From contig CAVTHO010000003.1 in assembly GCA_963734545.1 (NCBI GenBank), positions 384,001-448,000 of the forward strand: 64,000 nucleotides of DNA, read 5' to 3'. This stretch comes from an uncultured Spirochaetota bacterium (GTDB lineage Bacteria > Spirochaetota > Spirochaetia > SZUA-6 > Fen-1364). The translations under genes were made by a program, and so were the position numbers. This document shows positions 11,891-21,206 of this stretch, piece after piece (within the stretch, counting starts at the first letter, position 1; every line of letters begins with the position of its first letter). Under the pieces are notes generated by a model. That model was not told the DNA's origin. It was given only the letters and a program-made list of their open reading frames with translations, and searched no databases.

Positions 11891-14620
11891 ATGGTCATAC
11901 ACATGTTCGGCGGCCGCGCGGGTGGAGCCCGCCGTGCTGCAGTGCGGCTCGCCCTGCTGGCAGCTCTTGCCGGCGGAGCTCTCCTCCTCTCCGGCTGCGC
12001 AACCTTGCGGCCGGACCCGGGCGCCTCGGCCGGCACCCGGGTTCTGCACGCCACGCTCGAAAATGGACTGCGCGTCATCATCGTGAAGACGTCCCTCGCG
12101 CCGGTGGTCGCGCAGCAGCTCACCTTCTTTGCAGGGGCCAATCAGTCCCCGCCGGGGTTCCCCGGTATGGCTCACGCGGAGGAACATATGATGTTCCGCG
12201 GCTCCCCGGAAATATCGGGAGACCAGTTTTCCGCGATCACGGCGCAGCTGGGGGGGGACCAGAATGCGTTCACCCTTTCCACGACCACCACGTACTATCA
12301 CACGGTACCGGCGGACGACCTGGATCTGACGCTGCGCATGGATGCAATCCGGCTTGCCGGTATCGACAACGATCAGGCCGCCTGGGAAAAGGAGCGCGGG
12401 GCCATCGAGCAGGAGGTGGCACGGGACAACTCCAGTCCTTCCTATGTCCTGCAATCAAGGGCGCGGGAGCGCATCTTCGCAGGCACTCCCTATTCGGACA
12501 CCGGTCTCGGCACGAAGTCGTCTTTCGACCGGACGACTGCCGACATGCTCAGGAGCTTCCACGAGAGCTGGTATGCGCCCAACAATGCGCTCCTGGTTCT
12601 CGTCGGAGACGTGGACCCGGAGGCGGTGCTTGCGAAGGTGAAACAGCTCTACGGGCCCATTCCCGGAAGGCCCGTTCCTCCCCGGGAGGACATCGCGCTC
12701 CGTCCGGTGGCGTCGGACACTTTCAGCTCCACCACCGACCAGCCCTACGGCTTTGTCGCCTACGTCTTCCGCGCGCCGGGCTACCGGGCCCCCGACTATC
12801 CGGCCGCGCAGATTCTTTCCCGCGTGATGGACTCTCCCCGCGGCGCCATCACCGGGCTGGCATACGAGGGGAAGGCCCTCAACGCGGGGTTCACCATGCA
12901 GACTTTTCCCGACACCGGCTACGCCACCGCGTGGGCCGCATTTCCACAGGGAGGGGATGAAAAGGCGCTGGCGGAGGAGCTGAAGAGCGCCGTCAAGCAG
13001 GCGCTGGCCGGCATCCCCGGGGATCTCATCGAAGCCGAGCGCCGGCGCGTGGTGCTGGAAAGCGCGCAGCGGGGCAATTCGATTTCCGGGCTGGCCGACT
13101 CCTGGACCGATGCCGTTGCCGTGAAGGGGCTGGATTCCCCCGACAGGGAAGGGGAGCTGCTCCAGAAAGTGGATGCGGACGCGGTGAAGGCCGCTGCCGC
13201 GCGCCTGCTGGACTTCGATCATGCCATCACCCTCGTGCTCACCCCCGCATCCGGCACCACGGCACCCAGGGGCGGCGGGGCGTTCGGATCGCCTGAATCC
13301 TTCGCGTCCACCCCCGAGAAACCGGTGGCGCTTCCCGCCTGGGCTGCCGCGGCGCTGGCAAAGCTTCCTCATCCGAAGCCCCTGTTCGCACCGACCATCT
13401 ACGACCTGTCAAACGGACTGCGGCTCATCGTGCAGCCTCTCTCTTCCACCAGCGCGGTGAGCCTTTACGGAAGCGTCCATACCAACGAAAATCTCCAGGC
13501 GCCTCAGGGGCAGGAAGGCGTCGAGGACATGCTGAACACCCTCTTCGCCTGGGGCCCGAAAGGAATGAGCCGCGAGTCCTTCGAAGCGGCGTGGGACTCC
13601 ATCGGGGCCGACTACTCGGCGGGCACGTCTTTCTCCCTGAGCGTGCTGCCTGAATACTTCGACAGGGGCGTCGGGCTGCTGAGCGAGGACCTGCTCCAAC
13701 CGGCCCTGCCGACAGATGCCTTCGCAAGCCAGCAGCCTATCCAGGGCAGGCAGGCTGCCGGCAATGTGCAGAGCCCGGTCTTCCAGTTCCGGATCGCCGT
13801 TCAGAAAGGTCTCGTGCCCGCGGGCGACCCCTCCCTGAGGAAGCCGACGCCCGAGTCCATCGCATCCCTCACCGTGGACGCGGTGCGCGCATATCACCAG
13901 GCGGTGATGAGGCCCGACATGACCACGATAGTCGTGATGGGCAGGATAGAGCCGCAGGCGGCGCGCGCGGTCATCGAGAAGTACTTCGGCGCATGGAAGG
14001 CCTCCGGCCCGAAACCCGTCCTGGACTACAAGCCCGTTCCTGCCTCCGTGCCTTCCGAGGTGTTCATTGCCGACGCAGTGCGGGAGCAGAACGAGGTCGT
14101 TCTGACGGAGACGCTGCCGCTGACATACGAGGATCCCGAGCGGCATCCGCTGCGGCTGGGAAGCGAGTTCCTCGGGGGGGACAGCTTTGCCAGCCCCCTC
14201 TACCGCGAGCTCCGGGTCAAGCGGGGCCTTGTCTACAGCGTCGGCAGCTCCGCCGGGTTCGGCCGCACGCGCTCCCAGTTCTCGTTGAGCTTCGGCGCCT
14301 CCCCGGACAAGGTCAAGGAGGCCCGGCTGATCGCCTTGCAGCTCGTGAAGGCCATGGCGGATACGCCGCTGTCCGAGCAGGACCTGCATCTCGCCAAGGG
14401 ACAGTCCCTGCGCCAGATCGAGCTCTCCAACCAGACCGCCTCGGATATCGCCCAGAGCTGGATCGGCTACAATGAGGAGGGGCTCTCGCTCAACCGGTTG
14501 TTCGAGGTCGCGCGCGCCTACGAAAGCCTGACCGCGGAGCAGATCCAGGCCGCTTTCAGGAAGTATGTCGACCCCGACAGGTTGTCCACCTTTGTCCTCG
14601 GCCAGCCCTATGGCCGGTAG
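11891..14620 (+). CDS. M16 family zinc peptidase (pitrilysin-like), lipoprotein
   Basis: Lipobox LLSGC; inverted zincin motif HAEEH; two M16 halves; LRVKRGLVYS. Confidence 0.92.
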   Translation: MVIHMFGGRAGGARRAAVRLALLAALAGGALLLSGCATLRPDPGASAGTRVLHATLENGLRVIIVKTSLAPVVAQQLTFFAGANQSPPGFPGMAHAEEHMMFRGSPEISGDQFSAITAQLGGDQNAFTLSTTTTYYHTVPADDLDLTLRMDAIRLAGIDNDQAAWEKERGAIEQEVARDNSSPSYVLQSRARERIFAGTPYSDTGLGTKSSFDRTTADMLRSFHESWYAPNNALLVLVGDVDPEAVLAKVKQLYGPIPGRPVPPREDIALRPVASDTFSSTTDQPYGFVAYVFRAPGYRAPDYPAAQILSRVMDSPRGAITGLAYEGKALNAGFTMQTFPDTGYATAWAAFPQGGDEKALAEELKSAVKQALAGIPGDLIEAERRRVVLESAQRGNSISGLADSWTDAVAVKGLDSPDREGELLQKVDADAVKAAAARLLDFDHAITLVLTPASGTTAPRGGGAFGSPESFASTPEKPVALPAWAAAALAKLPHPKPLFAPTIYDLSNGLRLIVQPLSSTSAVSLYGSVHTNENLQAPQGQEGVEDMLNTLFAWGPKGMSRESFEAAWDSIGADYSAGTSFSLSVLPEYFDRGVGLLSEDLLQPALPTDAFASQQPIQGRQAAGNVQSPVFQFRIAVQKGLVPAGDPSLRKPTPESIASLTVDAVRAYHQAVMRPDMTTIVVMGRIEPQAARAVIEKYFGAWKASGPKPVLDYKPVPASVPSEVFIADAVREQNEVVLTETLPLTYEDPERHPLRLGSEFLGGDSFASPLYRELRVKRGLVYSVGSSAGFGRTRSQFSLSFGASPDKVKEARLIALQLVKAMADTPLSEQDLHLAKGQSLRQIELSNQTASDIAQSWIGYNEEGLSLNRLFEVARAYESLTAEQIQAAFRKYVDPDRLSTFVLGQPYGR

Positions 14621-14627
14621 GCCTGTC

Positions 14628-16454
14628 ATGGGATCCCTTGCCGATCTGGTTTACCTCCCCCGTCCCCGCGATATCCGGCCTGCGGCCGGTCACTTCAAGG
14701 CGCTCGCGGGCGCGCGGATCGCTCTCCTGGGCAACGTGCAGCCCCTCCTCTCTTCCGCGGTCCTCCTGCAGAAAATCGCGCATGATAGGGGGGGCATGGA
14801 GTGGCACATCGCGGCAGGCGCGGGCGGTGATGCGCCTGCCATCGCTCTTTCCATGACGGGCAATGCGGCGGCCGAGCACTATCGTGTGAGGATCTCCCCT
14901 GCGGGGATCGACGTGACCGCGTCAGATGCGGCGGGAATGTTTCGTGCGGTGACGACTCTCGGCCAGGTCATCCGGCAATCTTCGGGCGCCCTGCCTGCCG
15001 GAGAGATCGTCGACTGGCCGGATTTCCCCGTGCGCGGTCTCATGCTCGATATTTCCCGGGACAAGGTGCCGACCATGGAGACCCTGTTCTCCCTGGTGGA
15101 CCTGCTGGCTGACCTCAAGATCAATCACCTCCAGCTCTACACGGAGCACACCTTTGCCTATTCGGCGCACCGGGAGGTCTGGGCAGAAGCGAGCCCGATG
15201 ACAGGTGAGGAGATTCTGGCCCTGGACGCGTACTGCCGGGAGCGCTTCATCGAGCTTGTTCCCAATCAGAACTCTTTCGGCCACATGAGCCGCTGGCTTA
15301 CCCACGCGCGGTATCGGGACCTTGCCGAATGTCCGGATGGGTTCGACTCGCCGTGGGGCTTCGAGCCGTACGGCCTCGATCCCACCAACCCGGCCTGCCT
15401 CGAGCTCCTTGACGGCTTGTATGCCGAGCTCCTGCCCCATTTCGGAAGCCGGCTCTTCAACGCTGGCTGCGACGAGACGTTCGATCTTGGCATGGGCAGG
15501 AGCCGGGAGCTCTGCGAGCGGGTGGGCAAGGGCCGCGTCTACCTTGATTTCCTTCAGAAGATCCATCGGCTGACGACCGCCCATGGGCACACCCTCCTCT
15601 ACTGGGGGGACATCATCATGCAGTATCCCGCGCTCGTGCCCGAGCTCCCGCGGGACGGGATTGCCCTGGAGTGGGGCTACGAGGCGAACCATCCTTTCGA
15701 GGAGCACGGGGCCCGGTACCGTCAAGCGGGCGTGCCCTGGTGGGTCTGCCCCGGCACTTCCTCCTGGAACTCCATCGCGGGGCGCACGGACAACTGCCTG
15801 GCGAACATCCGCGCCGCGGCGCGCGCCGGGCTGACGCACGGGGCCACCGGTTTTCTGAACACGGACTGGGGTGACAATGGGCACTGGCAGGTCCTGCCGG
15901 TCAGCTTTCTGGGCTACGCGGCCGGAGCGGCTCTTTCCTGGTGCCTCGAAGCAAACGGCGCAACCGATTTCAGCCGTGAGCTGGACATGCATGTCTTTCG
16001 CGACGGGGCGGGCATCATGGGCACTCTTGTCCGGGACCTGGGCAATACCTATCAGCACGAAGGGCCGCTGAAACACAATGGGAGTGCGCTCTTCTATATC
16101 CTGCAGAGCCGCAAGGACGTCATTGAGCCGCGGGAGCTCTCATCCGCCGCGCTCGGAGAAGCCCGGGCATGGGTCGATTCGTCAGCGTCGAGGCTTGCCG
16201 AGGCCCGGATGGTTCGGCCTGATGCAGCGCTCATTCTCGAGGAATACGCCAACACCGTGCGCCTGCTTCACTGCGCGTGCGACCACGCGCAGGCTCTCCG
16301 GGACGGCACGCTGGATGACAACACGGTTATGGCCCGGGCCCGCGATGAGCTTCGCTTCGCCCTCGGTGAGTACCGCAGGCTCTGGGTGCGCCGGAACAGG
16401 ATAGGCGGCCTGGCGGACAGCGTGCGGAGGCTGGAAAGACTGCTCCCGTCTTGA
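14628..16454 (+). CDS. Glycoside hydrolase family 20 (beta-N-acetylhexosaminidase-like)
   Basis: DWPDFPVRGLMLDISR, NSFGH, catalytic GCDE pair, TDWGD. Confidence 0.9.
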   Translation: MGSLADLVYLPRPRDIRPAAGHFKALAGARIALLGNVQPLLSSAVLLQKIAHDRGGMEWHIAAGAGGDAPAIALSMTGNAAAEHYRVRISPAGIDVTASDAAGMFRAVTTLGQVIRQSSGALPAGEIVDWPDFPVRGLMLDISRDKVPTMETLFSLVDLLADLKINHLQLYTEHTFAYSAHREVWAEASPMTGEEILALDAYCRERFIELVPNQNSFGHMSRWLTHARYRDLAECPDGFDSPWGFEPYGLDPTNPACLELLDGLYAELLPHFGSRLFNAGCDETFDLGMGRSRELCERVGKGRVYLDFLQKIHRLTTAHGHTLLYWGDIIMQYPALVPELPRDGIALEWGYEANHPFEEHGARYRQAGVPWWVCPGTSSWNSIAGRTDNCLANIRAAARAGLTHGATGFLNTDWGDNGHWQVLPVSFLGYAAGAALSWCLEANGATDFSRELDMHVFRDGAGIMGTLVRDLGNTYQHEGPLKHNGSALFYILQSRKDVIEPRELSSAALGEARAWVDSSASRLAEARMVRPDAALILEEYANTVRLLHCACDHAQALRDGTLDDNTVMARARDELRFALGEYRRLWVRRNRIGGLADSVRRLERLLPS

Positions 16455-16525
16455 GTCCACGGAGTGCGGAGTACCGCTCAAACGGAGAGTGCTCGCTTCC
16501 GCTCGTGGGTCCGTTTGTACCGTGG
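16453..16525 (-). repeat. Nested hairpin repeat between convergent genes
   Basis: Reverse complement ccacgGTAC[8-bp-stem hairpin caaacgga..tccgtttg plus gcgg-tact-ccgc]actccgtggactc; outer halves match the 5806 copy. Confidence 0.75.
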
Positions 16526-16539
16526 CGCGCTAGATCGCG

Positions 16540-17669
16540 CTAGATATAGTTCAGCCCATAGCCCGGCAGCGGCAGAGGGAATAACCGGGCAAGGATTTCC
16601 CGCAGAGTCCCGTCCTCTGCCGCGGGCGGCGTATGCGCGACCGAGCCGAACACGAGGGCGGTGAGATCTGCGTCATCGGCAATGGCGAGCTCCGCACCCT
16701 TGTATCGGAAAACAACAGCCGGCCCGCACTGGATCGTAAGCCCTGCGCGTTCCCCCTGGGTCAGCCTGGAAGCGATGTGCCCTTCGATTGCTCCGAAGAA
16801 ACCCGCCCGGTCGAGGATCTTCATCGTCCCGTGGAATCCGCGCGGAGACGAGGAAAGGTCCCCGGCATGGGCGAGGGTTTCCATTTCAAGGTCCGTTGCA
16901 GTTGTCTCGATCTCCACGCCGGGGCGCCGGTGGCGGCACAAATCGCCGGCAGCGCGGCAAGGAGCGCGTGCCGGGACCCGGCAATTTCAAGCGCCTTGAG
17001 AACTCTTTCTCCGCTCCGCTGCTCGGGCCCCGTGGTGCACACGTAAGCGGCGAGCTTCTGCCCCAGCCGGCACACCCATGTGCGTCCGGGACGTGCGTGC
17101 AGCGAGCGCGACTCCAGGAGAGTCCGCATCTCCTCCATGCCGCGCTCGAACCGCACCGGTTCGGCCTGATACAGCGCAGCCATTTCAGGGATGTCACGGC
17201 CGGTCCATTCAGCCACGTCGCATCCCAGCCGGGGCAGGCTGCTGGTCTCTTCCACGCGCACGGTCCGCCAGAGTCCGGCGTCCACGCAGCCCATGCGCCT
17301 GTACAGCCCCCGGCCGCCGGAAACAAGGACAGCTACGGCTCCCTGCTCCGCTGACCGGGCAACCACCGCTTCCACCACGCGCCCTGCCATGCCCTGCCCG
17401 CGAAACTCCTCGAGGGTGCACACCGCTCCGACGAGCCCCACCCTGATCTTCGTTCCCGCAAGGCAGAGGTCACGCAGGACGCCGCCGGCCAGCGCCACCG
17501 GTCTTCCCTCGTCGAGCATGATCTGCAGGTTCTCCAGATTGTCCGCATCAAAGAGCGTGGGAAAGGACGTTCCCATGTCCGCATCGTCTCCGCGGCGGAA
17601 AACGGTGTTTGCAAGGCGGACCACCGCGTCCAGCTCGGCGGGCAGTACCGCCCTCGGTCCCTCGATCAT
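16540..17669 (-). CDS. GNAT family N-acetyltransferase (Eis-like); frameshift near 16920
   Basis: VGAVCTLEEFRGQGMA acetyl-CoA motif, GLYRRMG; C-terminus LPLPGYGLNYI. Confidence 0.85.
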
Positions 17670-17670
17670 G

Positions 17671-17723
17671 GCGCCACGGTACGGGGTATTCCCCGAACGG
17701 GTACTCCCGTACTCCTTTGATTC
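17671..17723 (+). repeat. Nested compound hairpin repeat in the 5' leader of the GNAT gene
   Basis: ccacg-GTAC-ggggtattccccgaacgggtactccc-GTAC-tcctttgattc. Confidence 0.85.
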
Positions 17724-17770
17724 ATACTCCCACTATACACGGGCATGCGCGGACATGCAAAATAATCTCC

Positions 17771-18655
17771 ATGAAAAGGCGACCGACATCAAAAGACTGG
17801 CTCCCCCTCGCGCGCGCGGACGGGCCGGCCGTCGAGGCGCCCACCGGCGAAGCGTTTCGCACCGAGTGGATCGATTTCGACAGGGGCATCCGGGTCGGCA
17901 ACCTCGAGCCTCACGAGCGCATCACGCGCATTCTCAAGTTCCGCCTGGAAGAAGAGTACGGCACCGGATTCGTGACCGACCGGTGGGGGCGGGGCGTCTA
18001 TTGGCAATGGATCTGCTGGGTGCCCCGGGCGGATCGTGATGCCAAGCCCCTTTCGAGCAGCGTGAACTTCGGCTGCGCAAAGCTCTTCATATCGCAGGAC
18101 CGCCCCGCACGGGTGTTCCAGTGCGGGCTCCAGGTGGAGCGCGGCGCCGAATCCGCGTCGCGGTACTCCGCGGATTCCGCGTCGCGGTACTCCGCGGATT
18201 CCGGCGAAGGAGAGGTGGTGCTCCAGGACGACTGGGACTGGCACCGGCTCATGCGGCAGTGCGCGGCGAAAACGCCGCTGGACGACGAGCTTCACCGGCT
18301 GGTACGGAAGGAAGGATTCGTGGCCCGTATCTGGGGATGGCCGGGAGCGCCTTCATTCACCGCTGCAAATTACCGGTCGGCGGCCCAGATCCGGCAGGCC
18401 GCGCGGAAGGCCCCCCGGGACCGGTGGGCGGGTTTCCAGCTCTACTATCCAATGCCCGAGCCGGAAGTGCGCGCCACCGGGGGCTACGATTTCGTGCAGG
18501 CGATCATGGGTGCCTTTTCCGAGGTGATTCCCGCCATGAACCTCTGCATGCAGGTCACATTGGCTCCGGCACGCCCGCTCAGCGCGCCCGGTCCCGGATC
18601 GGCGACTCCTTCAGGAACAGCGCGAGGCAGACAGCGGCCAGCGTCAGGGCGATGA
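17771..18655 (+). CDS. Conserved hypothetical protein (Trp-rich) with in-frame repeat insertion
   Basis: ORF with DRWGRGVYWQWICW, FGCAK and DWDWH; codon usage typical of the window. Confidence 0.65.
   Translation: MKRRPTSKDWLPLARADGPAVEAPTGEAFRTEWIDFDRGIRVGNLEPHERITRILKFRLEEEYGTGFVTDRWGRGVYWQWICWVPRADRDAKPLSSSVNFGCAKLFISQDRPARVFQCGLQVERGAESASRYSADSASRYSADSGEGEVVLQDDWDWHRLMRQCAAKTPLDDELHRLVRKEGFVARIWGWPGAPSFTAANYRSAAQIRQAARKAPRDRWAGFQLYYPMPEPEVRATGGYDFVQAIMGAFSEVIPAMNLCMQVTLAPARPLSAPGPGSATPSGTARGRQRPASGR
18149..18202 (+). repeat. Two tandem 24-bp hairpin repeat units, in frame (SASRYSAD x2)
   Basis: tccgcgtcgcggtactccgcggat repeated exactly at 18152 and 18176. Confidence 0.92.
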
Positions 18656-19799
18656 GGGCCACGAGGGAGCTGGTCATCGAGCCGCTGGGGGACTTCAGCG
18701 CATCCATCGCGAATATGAATACGATTCCGGAAAACTGACCCATCACGATGAGCATGCTGTTCGAAGTGCCCTCGGGAGCGGGAAGGGTGATCTCGGCCCC
18801 GTACTGGAAGCCGATTGGCCCTGCGCTCAGCAGGAACATCCCGAACACCACGGCGGAGACCGCCAGCAGCCACCACGTCGTGGCGAATGTGAGGCCCGCC
18901 AGGCCGGGGAGCAGCCCCGCGAGGGCGAGAATGATGAATGGCTTCCGCCTTCGCGTGGCATCGGAGATGAGCGGAATGACGACGGCGCCGACGACTCCGC
19001 CGATCAGCATCAGGCCGCCCGCCAATCCGGCCTGGGCCGTGGTAAATCCGCGCGGCCCGACGATCTCCTCGATCCACGTGGTGATTCCATTGAACAGGCC
19101 GAGCCCGATGAAGAATATGATGAGCAGGAGGATGAAATCCTTCTGCCGGATCATGCTTTTCAGCCCGTCGAACATGAGCGTTCTCTCGTCATGACCGGCA
19201 GGCCCCGGGGGCGTCGGCGGATGCTCGCGGGCCGCGACGACGAAAAGCACCGCGGCGAGGCAGGACACGGCCCCGCCGATCAGGAGCATGCCCTTCATTC
19301 CATAGCTGCCCATCAGGAGAGGGGTCAGTATCAACGACGCGAGGATTCCGAGGTAGATGGAGAGGGTGCCCAGCCCCGCGGCCGTTGCCCGTTCATCATT
19401 CAGGAACCAGCGGGCGCCCAGCTTCGTGATGGCGCCGAGTATCAGCGGCTGGCCGATGGCGATGCCGATCTGGGAGACGAAGACGAGCGCGAAATTGTCC
19501 GCGAATATGCCGCGGGTCAGGGCGAACACCGCGGTAAGAATCGCGCCGAGGGACACGGACTTCCGGAACCCCCAGGTGTCGATGAGCCAGGCCGACGGGA
19601 GGAACAGGAGGATGTAGACCACCATGAAAACCATGGACAGGAGGCCGATCGCGATATCGGAGGCGGCGTAGAACTTCATCGCGTCGCTCGTGATGGGGGC
19701 GAATGTGATCCAGAGGCCCTGGTTCAGCGCGGTGATGAACATGAACACCGCCAGGATCACCCACCGGTATCCGTACGTCCTGATTGTTCCTTCCTCCAT
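18579..19799 (-). CDS. MFS transporter
   Basis: About 12 hydrophobic segments; YRWVIL, WLIDTWGFRK, WF..ERATA; SD GAGGAG upstream. Confidence 0.9.
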   Translation of the reverse strand: MEEGTIRTYGYRWVILAVFMFITALNQGLWITFAPITSDAMKFYAASDIAIGLLSMVFMVVYILLFLPSAWLIDTWGFRKSVSLGAILTAVFALTRGIFADNFALVFVSQIGIAIGQPLILGAITKLGARWFLNDERATAAGLGTLSIYLGILASLILTPLLMGSYGMKGMLLIGGAVSCLAAVLFVVAAREHPPTPPGPAGHDERTLMFDGLKSMIRQKDFILLLIIFFIGLGLFNGITTWIEEIVGPRGFTTAQAGLAGGLMLIGGVVGAVVIPLISDATRRRKPFIILALAGLLPGLAGLTFATTWWLLAVSAVVFGMFLLSAGPIGFQYGAEITLPAPEGTSNSMLIVMGQFSGIVFIFAMDALKSPSGSMTSSLVALIALTLAAVCLALFLKESPIRDRAR

Positions 19800-19823
19800 C
19801 TGGCCCTCCTCTGTCAAAAACCC

Positions 19824-19852
19824 ACTATATAAGCGCGTGTTCCCGGTATCAA
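19824..19852 (-). promoter_or_regulatory. sigma70 promoter TTGATA-17-TATAGT
   Basis: Near-consensus hexamers with a 17-nt spacer upstream of the MFS gene. Confidence 0.65.
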
Positions 19853-19862
19853 GGAAACAACT

Positions 19863-21042
19863 TCACGTGCGCGTCGCGACGGAGCGTTTCACCATGGCGA
19901 CGATCGCAAGGGAGAGCACGACAAGCACAAGGGTGAGGCCGAGATAGAACCAGAACCCTCCGCGCAGGCCGATGCTTTCCGCGACGACTGCCATGAGGAA
20001 CGGGAAGGTGAATGAGCCCAGACCGCCTCCGGTCGCGACGGTCCCCACCGCAAATCCGCTCTTGAAGTAGCGGCCGACGATGGTCATGACGAGCGGGTAG
20101 AGCGCGGACAGGCCGAGTCCCGTCAGGAAGACTCCCACTGCCACCGCGGCGGTGGAGCTCACCACGAGAACAAACCCCAGCGCGACCGCGGACAGCAGGG
20201 AGAGACCCAGCACCAGGTATTCCTGGCGGGTGCCCCGGTAGAGCACCGAGACTCCGAGCCGGCCGGCGAAAGATACCCAGCCAGAAAAGCGAAACGGAGA
20301 AGGCGCCCGTGGAGGTGCTGGTTGCGAGCACCTTCACGAAATACTCTGAAACCCACGTGGAGACACCGAGCTCCGCTCCCACGTAGAGGAGCAGGAAGAG
20401 CGTCAGGAGGAGCAGGACGGGGCTGCGCAGGAGCCGGAGCCCGTGTCTCTGTCCATGTTCGTCCTCCTGGGCGAGCCGCGGGAACCTGGCCGTGCCGAAG
20501 AGAAGCGCCATGAGGGCAATCGGCCCGGCCGCGGCCAGGAAAACGACCGTCCCCCGAATGCCCAGGCTCATGAGAATGCCCACGGCGGCCGGTCCCACGA
20601 TTGCTCCCACGGAAAAGGCCGCATGCATGAGGTTCATGAGCCTGCTCTGGCCCTTCCGCTCCATGTGGATGACCTCGAGATTGGTCACCACCTCGATCGT
20701 GCCCTGTCCGAGCCCGATCATCAGGTTCAGCGCCAGATTGAGCCACGGTGAACGCCACCGCATGAAGAAGAGCATGCAGACCGCAATGAGCAGCAGGCCG
20801 GTGACCAGCACTGTCCGTGGGGAGAACCTCTGCACGAGAAAGCCGCAGAGGAATGTCGAAAGGAAGTAGCCGATGGCGCTGGCAGCCAGCACGACCCCGG
20901 TGAGGGTGTACGACCAGTGGAACGTCCGGATGATCTGGGGGAGCGCCGCACCGATTATGGTGAAGAGGATCCCGAAAATCACGAAGCCGGCAAGGAAGAG
21001 GACATACAGGCGCCGTGTCTCGCGGTTGAGTGACTGCATCAT
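19863..21042 (-). CDS. MFS transporter (FucP/TsgA-like); frameshift near 20270
   Basis: Hydrophobic helices, MNLMHAAFSVGAIVGP and LYVGAE motifs; C-terminal half in ORF 19863..20246. Confidence 0.85.
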
Positions 21043-21056
21043 ACGTGTGATGTCTA

Positions 21057-21085
21057 TCTATAGAGGATCGCATCGCTCTGGTCAA
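21057..21085 (-). promoter_or_regulatory. sigma70 promoter TTGACC-17-TATAGA
   Basis: Hexamers with a 17-nt spacer upstream of the MFS start. Confidence 0.55.
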
Positions 21086-21089
21086 GACA

Positions 21090-21108
21090 TCGCGGTATTC
21101 CGCGGATT
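21090..21108 (+). repeat. Single intergenic hairpin repeat copy
   Basis: tcgcgg-tatt-ccgcgg-att. Confidence 0.7.
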
Positions 21109-21206
21109 GAGCGCCTGCCGACATCGTCGTATTGTGACTTCGCCGTTTTTGTGCTATATCCGGAACTGCATCTCCACTGACACACCGAAAAGCCCGGAGC
21201 CTGATT

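Noticed and set aside
9485-14620. 1711-aa ORF suggesting an aminotransferase-M16 peptidase fusion
   Set aside because: A 1-nt shift near 11750 hides the natural aminotransferase end (...LIPFVYM*, TAA 11813). The peptidase has its own signal peptide and lipobox, and the ORF's 5' part is antisense to the cyclo-ligase gene.
16526-16545. CGCGCTAGAT direct duplication at the GNAT stop codon
   Set aside because: A short 10-bp duplication beside a repeat copy; insufficient evidence that it is a target-site duplication.
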